Positions 13,170 through 23,397 of a stretch of DNA of 43,850 nt are shown in pieces. Every line of letters starts with the position of its first letter. Position 1 is the stretch's first letter. The position numbers and the translations under genes were made by a program. The notes beneath the pieces were generated by a model. The model was not told the DNA's origin. It searched no databases and saw only the letters and a program-made list of their open reading frames with translations. The DNA is from Octopus sinensis (lineage: Eukaryota), in contig NW_021834963.1 in NCBI RefSeq assembly GCF_006345805.1, positions 1 to 43,850 of the forward strand. Direction: 5' to 3'.

Positions 13170-14434
13170 TTGATCTGCGTGGATATGTCTATGTGGTGTT
13201 GATTTAGTTGTTATGTCTGAAGGCCTTGCTATGTTGTTGCTGTTCTCTTTTCTGGTATAACTTATATTATTTGTGGTGTTATTCATATCTATAAAACAGT
13301 CCTTTGACGAAAATTTTATGCACATTTTGCTTTGGAGGTTAATGGCAGCCAAACCGAGGCAAGGATCGAGCTGAAAATTGGCAAGGATACTAAATGCGTG
13401 GTGAGAATGAGACCCGCGATGGTTAAAATTCGCAAGCTATAAGATGTGGTTGCTATGGCAAAAAGAGTGATTTTTTTGATCCCTCTATAACGACGTCTCT
13501 CTGTCACTCTTTCTTCCACCACCTCTCTCACTGTACGTCTGTCTGTATCTATAGACAGAAAGCGATGACAACCGCAAAAGTTTAAATATTCTCGCCACAG
13601 GTCTTTTAGAACGGTGAATTAATATCGCCCACCTCCATCGCACAATCATAACAGATATTATTAAACAGATATATTGTGTTAATTTATATATATACTGTGT
13701 GCATATGTGGTTGGATTGTGCTAAAAATATGCACACCTATGTTAAAAGTGCTAGCGAGTTTGTATTGGAACTTCGAATTTGCTCAATTGAAAGGCATGGA
13801 CTCTAGGGCAAAATTCCTCATCTTTTAAAATGTGGCCCGCTTAGACCCGAATGAAATCGGGTTATAATACCAAAACGAGTAAAACAATAATAAACTATTT
13901 TAATTCCGAACAAGGCCGGGTATGTATTTCTAATCTATCAAATGAAGAAGGCGAACGATGATACAAATTGGATTTTTATGTAAAAAGATGTGTAATTGGG
14001 CCTGGAAGGGGATTACAATTTAAAAGAGGGGGTAACTTGCGGTGAGAAATTGTTTGAGAGACTTTTGGGGCGCTACTGTGGTCGTTTTGGTGTGAAAATA
14101 GGGGTTTTATTGATTTTGGGGGACAATTGAGGGTTTAGATTGGACACCTTTTGCCCGATTTCAATCAAATTTTCAACATGGTAAAGTAGAAGATTTGTAA
14201 TTTAAGCACGGAAATCTAATTTTTTTATAAATGAGAGATAGATAGATAGAGAAAGATAAAAAGCAAGAGAAAGTGAGGGAGAGTCCGAGATAAAGGAAGA
14301 GTAAGAGAGTGTGGATGCGAGAGAGAAAGGAGAGAGGAACAAAGAGGGTGAATATGGCGATAAGAAACAAAGGAAGCAACAGAAAGTAACAATCACACCC
14401 TCACCCACGCGTAGAGCGGGTCACCTTAAGCTAG
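13170..14434. mobile_element. Unclassified interspersed repeat cluster, possibly Helitron-derived
   Basis: A plus-strand imperfect GC hairpin at 14404-14420 is followed by CTAG|T at 14431-14435. The internal sequence was not recognised. Confidence 0.35.
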
Positions 14435-14940
14435 TACTTATATGTACAATACTCTTCCGTAAGTATTTCTCTTGCTATGGCCATTTGGCTTTATCAAGCC
14501 AGTTGTAGAGATAGGTTCTTGTTGGTTTGTTGTCTTTCATTATTGTGACATTTCTGTCCTTATATTTTGTATATTTGACTTGATGTTATAATAACTTTAT
14601 ATTGTGTTTTTATTGAATAGTTTGTGACATTTGTGATTGGCAAGTAAATATTTACTCATTAAATATCATTGTTAAGCAATAACGTTGACCACTAATGTGC
14701 GTTTTGTTCAATATAATGATCATAATTTTTGTCTTAATGTAGAGCGTAAAGTAAAAACAAATGATAATGAAAAGTGGACTCAACTAAGAGATGATGTAAG
14801 AAATCAACGCTGTGTGAATAGTTTAATCACTGGGGAAACAAACTATGTGAAAATGTAGTTGAACTGTTGTGTAATTTGGGGTACCTTTGTATATGTTTGT
14901 GTAATCTTTAACTCATCATTTTATATTTCATCATTTGTAG

Positions 14941-15116
14941 TTCTGCGTAGAGCTGAAACTGGGAAACGAAGAAAGGTGCTCTGGTGTGGTAGTTGCCAGC
15001 TACCTAGCCCACCACGGGGCCAACTTTTACTGTAAAAACAAAATTGGCAGAACACCATTGGACCTAATAGAAGAGGAAGATTTAAAAAAGATGTTAAAGA
15101 CGTTATTCTCACCGCA
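14941..15116 (+). CDS. Second exon (last ankyrin-like repeat and linker) of the ANK-RING-DD gene
   Basis: tttgtag|TTC...CCG CA|gtaagt, 176 nt, phase 0-2. FCVELKLGNEERCSGVVVASYLAHHGANFYCKNKIGRTPLDLIEEEDLKKMLKTLFSP contains the L..HGA....N..G.TPLDL motif. Confidence 0.9.
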
Positions 15117-15654
15117 GTAAGTATTCACTGGCAATGACAAGATAAACCATTACATTTTCTGTTTTGTATATAACCATGTTTATATGTTTCTATTGTTTTA
15201 ATTCTACTGATACATTATACTGTCTTAGTAGCTTAATGAAAGGTTAGACAACAACAGTAAGAAGAACAATAAACAATATGCAGATGTTAAGCTAATTAAA
15301 AGAAAGGACACTATTTTGATTACATTCAAATGATTGGTTGCGTTGACTGTTATACCTCTCCTAAAATCCCCACCCACCTCTCTCAATTCCCTATTTTAAA
15401 GATTTGGGACGAATGAGAAAATGTAGAAGTAAATAGTGAAGTGATGGAATTTATCTGTCTACCAACAGATTGTTCCTCTGTTTTCTCTGTCCCACCCAGT
15501 CATGTCCATGTGAGCTATCCTGAGAAAATCGCCTACAAACACATACAATGAGTGTACATACATGGATACATACATACATACATACGTATTTATACATGCA
15601 TACATAGATACATACATGTATATATATATATATATACATATATATACATATATA

Positions 15655-16064
15655 GGCGCAGGAGTGGCTGTGTGGTAAGAAGCTTGTTTACCAACCACAT
15701 GGTTCCGGGTTCAGTCCCACTGTGTGGCACCTTGGGCAAGTGTCTTCTACTATAGCCTTGGGCCGACCAAAGCCTTGTGAGTGGATTTGGTAGACGGAAA
15801 CTGAAAGAAGCCCGTCGTATATATGTATATATATGTATGTGTGTGTATGTTTGTGTGTCTGTGTTTGTCCCCCTAGCATTGCTTGACAACCAATGCTGGT
15901 GTGTTTATGTCCCCGTCACTTAGCGGTTCGGCAAAAGAGACCGATAGAATAAGTACTGGGCTTACAAAGAATAAGTCCCGGGGTCGTGTTACTCGATTAA
16001 AGGCGGTGCACCAGCATGGCCGCAGTCAAAATGACTGAAACAAGTAAAAAGAGAAAAGAGAGAA

Positions 16065-16065
<1 letters not shown>
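15655..16065 (+). mobile_element. tRNA-derived SINE with internal (TA)n(TG)n tract (octopus-type; family not verified)
   Basis: A-box-like TGGCTGTGTGG and B-box-like GGTTCAGTCCC; shares core and gactgaaacaagtaaaa tail with copies at 21657, 27755 and 28350. Confidence 0.88.
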
Positions 16066-16114
<49 letters not shown>

Positions 16115-16137
16115 TATATATATTATATATATATATA

Positions 16138-17639
16138 CTGTGGGGAGGAAATAAATATTCGTCTGTCAAAATTCTTTATTTAATTTCTAATGAACATAAA
16201 TGGGATATACCAATACTATATTTGCATATACATGCATAAACTAAGAATATGCAAAAGAAACTAATAAATTATAGTAACTAATGAATTTATATACAATCAT
16301 AAATATTTAGGGGTGAAAAAAGTATTCGTACAGAATAAATGTATGATTTTCTATGCCACAAAATACTGTTAAAATATTTTTTTACTAGAAATTTCTTGTT
16401 TATTCCAATAATCTTATCAGTTTTCATTTTTGAGTGTCAAAACACTAGCTTCTTCATTCAGCACTGAGACAACATAAAGTGATATCGCAATAATGGCGAA
16501 AAGTAAAGAACTCGCAAATTCAGTGAAAAACTTAATTATTGAACTGTAGAAAGTAGGTAAAAATTACAGGAAAATATCAGAGACACTTTGTATTCCGCTT
16601 ACTACCATATCTTCATTTATTCAAAGATATAAGGAATCGGGAACTGTTGAAAACAGAATAAGATCCGGAGCACCACGCAAGATTTCCCCAAGATCTTTAA
16701 GAAAAATGAAGCGAAGAATCGGAAAAAAACGCAATAATCACCAGAAAGGAGTTTTCATAGGAATGAACTGAAGTCACGCTCTCCTAGAAAAACTCCTCTG
16801 TTGACTAAAAGGCATAGAGATGCCCGTTTAAAATTTGTTATGAACATAAAGATAAATCTGATACATTCTGGGAAAATGTTCTATGGACAGACGAGACGAA
16901 AATTGAATTGTTTGGACGAAATTCGCTTACCCATGTTTGGAGTAAAAACACAATTCCTACCGTAAAGATTGGAGGTGTGGGGGTGTTTCTCTGCAAATGG
17001 TACTGGCAATTGACATGTGATAGATGGTAGAATGAATGCAAGATGTACCAAAATATTTTGAACAATAATTTATGCGACTCTGTTGAAAAGCTCCAGCTTT
17101 GTGAAGGGTGGGTTTTACAACAGGGTAACGGCCCTAAGCACACGGTGAAGTCTACCAAATATGGATTGTCAATCACAATATAAAATTATTGTAATGGCCA
17201 AGCCTGTCACCTGACTTGAACCCCATTGAAAATTTGTGGCGTTATTTGAAAACTGAAATTCAAGAGCCCCAACATGCATTACAGATTTGAAGAAAATTTG
17301 TCAAGAAGAATAGGAAAAAATTCCTAAAGAAACATGCGAGTCATTGGTGAAGAACTACAAGAAGAGATTGGTTGAAGTGGAACTGAATAATGGTTATGCT
17401 ACGAAGTATCATATCAGAATTATCAGTTATTTATATTCTGCACGAATACTTTTTTCACCCCTAAATATTTATAATTTTATATAAATTCCTTAGTTACTAT
17501 AATTTATTAGTTTCTTTTGCATATTCTTAGTTTATGCATCTGTATGCAAATATTTAACAGTGGTATATCCCATTTATGTTCATTAGAAATTAAATAAATA
17601 AAGAATTTTGACATGCACGAATATTTATTTCCCCCCGTG
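16138..17639 (+). mobile_element. Full-length inactive Tc1-family (DD34E) DNA transposon with ~200-bp TIRs and TA target site
   Basis: TA|ctgtggggaggaaataaatattcgt ... acgaatatttatttccccccgtg|TA; TIRs about 16138-16338 and 17431-17639. Broken transposase from ATG 16493: MAKSKEL..., RSGAPRKIS, FWENVLWTDETKIELFG, QQGNGPKH (second catalytic D lost), WPSLSPDLNPIENLW. 34-residue spacing after repairing one frameshift. Confidence 0.93.
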
Positions 17640-17771
17640 TATATATATATATATATATAGAAATTCGGGATGAGTACTTGATAATTATAAGCACCTGTGT
17701 ATACCGTTTGGTGGTGTAGGTGGTGGAGTAAATTGATCAAAATAAAATAAAAACATGATGCGAAGGATTCA

Positions 17772-17849
17772 GCGGTACATATGTTTCGGGCCTTTATTAG
17801 ACAGATTTATAACAATGCATAATGTATGTCTGTGGCCTTCTTCAGCCGC
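17772..17849 (-). ncRNA. Type I hammerhead ribozyme candidate (left palindrome arm, mirror copy)
   Basis: Exact reverse complement of 18127-18204; predicted cut between 17776 and 17775. Confidence 0.75.
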
Positions 17850-18126
17850 GCACAACAGCTTCCACAAGGACATGTGTTACATCAAAAATTCTTGGTTGGG
17901 GATGCAAATCCTCTCATTCACGCACGACATAATGCGGCAGCAGCATAGAGTTGAAGCGTCCATCTCTTTCTTCTCTCAATGTAGAATGATTCTACATTGA
18001 GAGAAGAAAGAGATGGACGCTTCAACTCTATGCTGCTGCCGCATTATGTCGTGCGTGAATGAGAGGATTTGCATCCCCAACCAAGAATTTTTGATGTAAC
18101 ACATGTCCTTGTGGAAGCTGTTGTGC

Positions 18127-18204
18127 GCGGCTGAAGAAGGCCACAGACATACATTATGCATTGTTATAAATCTGTCTAATAAAGGCCCGAAACATATGTA
18201 CCGC
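18127..18204 (+). ncRNA. Type I hammerhead ribozyme candidate (right palindrome arm)
   Basis: Helix I GCGG/CCGC; core CUGAAGA 18131-18137; helix II A.C + GGCC/GGCC extended by ACAGA/UCUGU; GAAA 18189-18192; minimal helix III CAUAUG (palindromic); GUA triplet; predicted cut after 18200. Confidence 0.75.
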
Positions 18205-18372
18205 TGAATCCTTCGCATCATGTTTTTATTTTATATATATATATATAGATATATATACATATACGCACACACACACACACATACATATATATACATATAT
18301 ATATATATATAGGGAGAGTTTACGAAAAAAACAAAAGACGATGACAGGTGGTATTGAAGGAATAGAAAAAGT

Positions 18373-18408
18373 CTTTTACGTTTCGAGCCTTCGCTCTTCT
18401 ACAGAAAG
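18373..18408 (-). ncRNA. Minimal hammerhead-like motif with variant core (CUGUAGA) inside a short repeat (about 18310-18500)
   Basis: Minus strand reads CUUU-CUGUAGA-A-GAGC(GAAG)GCUC-GAAA-CG-UA-AAAG: helix I 4 bp, helix II 4 bp with tetraloop, helix III one pair with CG loop, A6 replaced by U. Confidence 0.55.
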
Positions 18409-18494
18409 GGACACGGAAAAAAAAACAAGGATAGAAACAAGGAGAGAAAAAAATGTGTGTAGCGGCTAACAATCTATCATGGCGACTGACTCGG

Positions 18495-18564
<70 letters not shown>

Positions 18565-18896
18565 ATATATATAAGTGAATTATATTTCTGGAATATATGT
18601 TGTTCACTTTGCGTAAATCAGTTTTTGTGATGTATCAATGTCATGACATATACTTATTAATATTTGTGTCCATTTATATATATATATGTGTGTGTATGTG
18701 TGTGTGTGTGTGTGCCTGTGTCTGTGTCTGTGTGTCTGTGTTTCTGTGTCTGCATTTATATACTCACAAATTCGCCCATATGTAATTGTTTAATTGTGGT
18801 GTCGCATAATATTCTCTACTGTAAATATGCACACAATGTAATATTTGTTATAAATGAATGTTATTAATGGGATGTGTTCATGTTTTTGTTCCTCAG

Positions 18897-19039
18897 ATGT
18901 GTGTTTTGTGAAGACGAAGTGGCCACAGAGACGTTCTTTCCATGTAAACATCTTTCGCTGTGTAAGAAATGCTGTCCCCAAAAGATACCTAAACAATGCC
19001 TCAAGTGTGGACAGAATATAACGAGCAAAAATAGTTTGG
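18897..19039 (+). CDS. RING finger exon (C3HC4, IAP/MIB-type spacing)
   Basis: cctcag|A TGT...TTG G|gtaag, 143 nt, phase 2-1, compatible with the previous exon. CVFCEDEVATETFFPCKHLSLCKKCCPQKIPKQCLKC = C-x2-C-x11-C-x-H-x3-C-x2-C-x8-C-x2-C. Confidence 0.92.
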
Positions 19040-19919
19040 GTAAGATCTGTCTGTTTGTCTCTTGGGCTTTATGGTGTGGAATATTGCATTTCATGTTGTT
19101 GTGTAGATCCAGTTCTGACTTAATCAAGCACACTTTTGATAAAAGATGTTCCAGGTGTCTTTTCTCTGTCATATTATGTCTCTCTCACTACTCCCACTAA
19201 ACATTGTTCTTGTCCAATTAGAAGACTTGTCACACTTCAAGATGGTTGCTTTCTGCAACATAAAAATAATAAAGAATACTGAATTATAAATGGTGACTAA
19301 ATACCAATAAATCACCAAGGTTCTATCAGTAAATACCGACATCTTGTGTGTGATTAGAGTGATTAATGATTTATCAATATCTTCGGAAGCCGATAATTAA
19401 AAACAACTGCATTTATATGAATATCAGAGTGAGCCTTTATAAAATAGGAGACTCAATAAGAAAATCTCAACTGAGGGTTTAGGGACCAACATTAGAGAGG
19501 GGACATCAAAAGGGTGGGAAACTTTGATTGATGTATAGATTAGTATTCCGAGTATCAGTTCTTCTGAACCGTTTCAAATATTTTCACAGCAATAATGCGT
19601 GGATGACAAGTTTTATGTCGTTAATGAGGTTTTGTGTGAATATAGTGTTTTAATTTAGGACACAAGATATCACTTCCTGTTAGACCTGATGTCACTTTCT
19701 GTTCGACCTGCTTTATTCAGGAGGATGAATGACATTGAAATATCTTCAGATATTTCCCCACATCTGATTACATTCTGGAGAACTGTGATGTGGGTAATTA
19801 AAATTAAAGATTACTAGTAGTAACCAATAACAAAGAGAGCAAGTGTATATATATATATACATATATATCTATCTATATATATATATATATAGAGAGAGAG
19901 AGATAGATAGATAGATATA

Positions 19920-20415
19920 TTGTTGTTTTTGGGAATGGTCATTTTGCCAGTTTAGCCAATAAAAACACACGCACTATATATTTGGTGTTACTTTGCTTCA
20001 GTCTTATTTATTTTTTACATTAATCTTAATCTTATTTCGGCCAAAAGCAAAAACAAATTACACGTACGTATATAAACAGAAGATACAAATATTACAGGCA
20101 CTTCAACCCCCCCCCACGCACACTAACTAAACATAGACACACATAAAGATATACGCATGCGCAAATGAAGACACGTACAATAGGAATACAAAATACAAAA
20201 GGGCTGATGGTTAGTAAGGAGAGACACACAAATAAGAAAGAAGAAAGCAAAGGACCACTGATGAGGTCACAGGAGTGTGATGAAAGAACTCTTGCCGAAA
20301 TAAGATTAAGATTAAAGTAAAAAATAAATAACGCTGAAGCAAAGTAACACTAAATATATAGTGCGTGTGTTTTTATTGGCTAAACTGGCAAAATGACCAT
20401 TCCTAAATACAACAA
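19920..20415. mobile_element. ~496-bp element with 122-bp terminal inverted repeats, TA-flanked, with an internal hammerhead-like motif (Penelope-like or MITE-like)
   Basis: TIRs 19920-20041 and 20294-20415 (gaatggtcattttgccagtttagccaataaaaacacacgcactatatattt and its reverse complement). CTGATGA-G-GTCACA(GGAG)TGTGAT-GAAA-GAAC-TC at 20258-20291. 23 bp of the TIR recur at 28304-28326. Confidence 0.75.
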
Positions 20416-20912
20416 TATCTGTTTCAACACACGATTTCACATCAAAAATCTTGCAAAACAAATAGATAGATATAGATATATATCCGTCTGGAAGTGGTGT
20501 GTCGTGTTTGAGGCTAGGACTTCGATGCTCAACTTGGTTGACACTGGATTTAAGCAGAAGATGAGACGAATGTTGATTAGAGATGTCTTGTCATAGATCT
20601 GGCACAAACATAAGAAAACCAAAACGAAGCTAAGAGAAAATCGGTTATTAGGGGATAATTAAATGAAATAATTTCAGAATTGTTAGAATTGTTGGATGAC
20701 TTAAGAGACAGAGAAGGGTTGTTAAGTGTAGTCTATTCTGTTGTGGACTTAAATATTGAACCATTACTTGGACCCACTGTAGAAAGCATACAAATGTTCT
20801 ACAAAAGCATGTTGTCATCAGTGATGACACGAATGTCTCACAATAATAAAATATCGATTATTAGAAAGGATAAAGAAATTTTACTAAAACCACTTTGAAA
20901 TGTATTTTTCAG

Positions 20913-20963
20913 TTGGTCCAAATTCGTCAAATATGGAAGTCCAGATGGTGGCAGGACCAGTTG
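20913..20963 (+). CDS. Short symmetric exon (51 nt, phase 1-1), a diverged copy of the first death-domain exon
   Basis: tttttcag|TT GGT...GTT G|gtgagt, open: (V)GPNSSNMEVQMVAGPV. Flanking introns are homologous to those of exon 23326-23397. Confidence 0.7.
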
Positions 20964-20994
20964 GTGAGTATGAAATAACTGTACCTAATTATGT

Positions 20995-21215
20995 TATCCC
21001 ATAAGAGGCATAGGGTTGGTTTCCCGGTTTCTCTAGCGTATACATTCCTCCCTGAATAGGACACTAGTTCGCTGTAAAATTACTTATTTTTGCCAGCTGA
21101 GTGAATGGAAGTGTTTTGCTCAAGAACGCACGTATTGCCTGGTGAAGGAATCGAAACCCCAATCTTACAATCATGAGTCAAATACCCTAACCATTAAGCC
21201 CTGCGCCTCCACTTG
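20995..21215 (-). mobile_element. tRNA-derived SINE (second family)
   Basis: Minus strand head agtggaggcgcagggcttaatggttagggtatttgactcatgattgtaagattggggtttcgattcc has A- and B-box-like motifs. It interrupts the duplicated intron segment. Confidence 0.7.
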
Positions 21216-21656
21216 CTATGACCAATTCGTTGCCATAAAACACAAGCAATGGAAAAATTTATAGAAATCAATGTACCTAACTGATTCCTATAAATTCTCC
21301 ACCCCCTGAGCTGTTTTGTTTGTCAGAAGGACTGAGAACAGGGCCCATCTCTAATCTCCATTTGAAATGTTAGCTGCAAAAGGAGTCGATGAAATATATC
21401 GCTGAAATTTCATAAAATCTTTGTTGCCTTGGATGGAAAAATGGATAAATTAGAAAACACAATAGAGTTAATATTGTCTTTTGGAACCAAGAACTAAGAT
21501 ATGTTGTTGTGTAGGGGTAAACAGGTGAACAGAAACTAGAAAAATGTGGACCAAAATCATAATGGTTACCAATTGACCATTGCTGATAGGAATGTCTCTC
21601 AATAATGTAACAAATTGCGTTTTTTGAAAGTTTAACTGTAAAGTAATTCTATTAAA

Positions 21657-21810
21657 GAGTGTCTGTGTGGTAAGTAGCTTGCTTACCGACCACATGGTTC
21701 CGGGTTCATTCCCACTGCGTGGCACCTTGGACAATTGTCTTCTACTATAGCCTCGGGCCGAGCAAGGCCTTTTGAGTGGATTTGGTAGACGGAAACAGAA
21801 ATAAACTCGT

Positions 21811-21853
<43 letters not shown>

Positions 21854-22077
21854 ATATGCTTGTGTGTCTGTGTTTGTTCCCCCAACATCACTTGACAACC
21901 GATGCTGGTTTGTTTACGTCCCCGTAACTTATTTGTTCGAGAAAAGAGACCAATAGAATAAGTACCAGGCTTACAAAGAATAAGTCCTGGGGTTGATATG
22001 CTCGACTAAAAGCGGTGCTCCAGCATGGCCACAGTCAGCTCACTGAAACAAATAAAAGAGTAAAGAGTAAAAGAGAG
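21657..22077 (+). mobile_element. tRNA-derived SINE (family of 15655)
   Basis: Collinear with 15655-16065, including the internal (TA)n(TG)n. Confidence 0.88.
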
Positions 22078-22149
22078 AAGACAGGAATCCCTGAATGTGT
22101 GGAACTTGCATTTTGAATCTGGGATGCGATAGAAGATACAAAGAAGAAC

Positions 22150-22790
22150 AAAAACGATTTGAATGTTGTATGGCTTGATCAGGTTAATGCTTATCGTTCT
22201 GTACTACACGAGTTGTTGCTGAAAACAACGGACGTCTTTTATATACGAGAAAAGATTGAGAATCTAATGAAGAGTTGCTGTAATAATTTCAAAATGTGCT
22301 TCAGGACAGAATATTTCACAACAGACTCGCATTGTCTGGAGACTGGAATTGCCGTGGGTTGCACAATATCAGTCATTTTGTTTGTACTTGTTATGGAAAT
22401 GTTTATTAGATCAGCAGATTGATCAGAAGAAATAACTCGAGTGAAGTCCCCTAAGACGACATTAATGGATGACATAAGAAAACAAACAACAGAGCAAAAG
22501 GATATGCAAATAGTTCTGAATAGACTGTATTAATTAATTAGTTGGTCAAGAATAGGGTGAAGGCAAATAAATGTTGCCGTCATTTGCCAAAGCTCAGCAG
22601 AAATAAGTGAAATTCAAAGTAGCAGAAGAAAGCATGTCAAAGGTTAAAGAGAAACTGTTTAGGGTGATGGTACACTACCTCATTGTCCCACAAGAGTAGA
22701 GGCATCGAGATAATAGCACAAAAAGAAGACATCTTATAAGCAATAGATAAGCCAAACTTTTGGGGAATAAAGGGTTTTAAAGAACTTCTT
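22150..22790 (+). mobile_element. Decayed RT fragment of an RLE-type non-LTR retrotransposon (NeSL/HERO-like)
   Basis: VVWLDQVNAYRSVLHELL and LETGIAVGCTISVILFVLVMEM, then LMDDI. These match the DL.NAYGSV.H, G...GC.IS..LF.L.ME and MDD RT motifs. Many stops. Confidence 0.7.
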
Positions 22791-23325
22791 TATTAAGGAG
22801 TCTTAAAATATTTCCTGAATCAGATGATGTTCTTGTGAACTGGGATGTGCGGAGTTACGATTCAAGATTACCAACATCAACCCTTAACAAAGATGTCAGG
22901 TGTATGTTTATCCTACATGAATTTGTCTGCCGTGTATTTGTGATTAGGTCTTTGGAAAAACACCTTGTTTGACATTAGAATTAAGCAGAAGATGAGAAAA
23001 ATGTTGGTGAGTGAAGTCATGTCACAGGTTTGGTACAGATATAAGAAGGGAAATAGAGAACTGTGAGAAAAATAGTCTTATCAAATGATAATTAAATGTG
23101 ATAAATGCAACATTGTTAGATTATGTAGGATGTCTTGATAGAGAGACGAAGTTTAAGAAGTTGAATCTATTTTGTTGTGGACCAAAATATTGAGCTATTA
23201 CATAGATTAAAAAGGTTGACCAAAATCATAGTGGTCACCAGTTGACCATTGATGATAAGCATGCCTCAAGAATAAAGATTAAGAAATTTAGTATAAATTA
23301 TAAAATTTGGAAATATTTATTTCAG

Positions 23326-23397
23326 AGAGTCCAGAGCTGAAGGAGAAGGATCTTCTGAGAGTGGCTAAGAGGTTAGGAAGAGATTGGTGGCAAGTAG
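23326..23397 (+). CDS. First death-domain exon
   Basis: tatttcag|AG AGT...GTA G|gtgagt, 72 nt, phase 1-1. (E)SPELKEKDLLRVAKRLGRDWWQV matches the L..vA..LG.DW..l/v death-fold helix 1-2 pattern. Confidence 0.85.

Larger units (their letters stand above)
17742..18234. repeat. Perfect 493-bp palindrome (246-bp arms, 1-nt centre at 17988)
   Basis: Centre is caatgtagaat-g-attctacattg. The mirrored ORFs 17755-18000(+) and 17976-18221(-) are identical over the arm. The right end abuts (TA)n. Confidence 0.97.

Noticed and set aside
17755-18221. Pair of identical 81-aa ORFs on opposite strands
   Set aside because: They result from the palindrome, with no recognisable domain. The informative signal is RNA structure.
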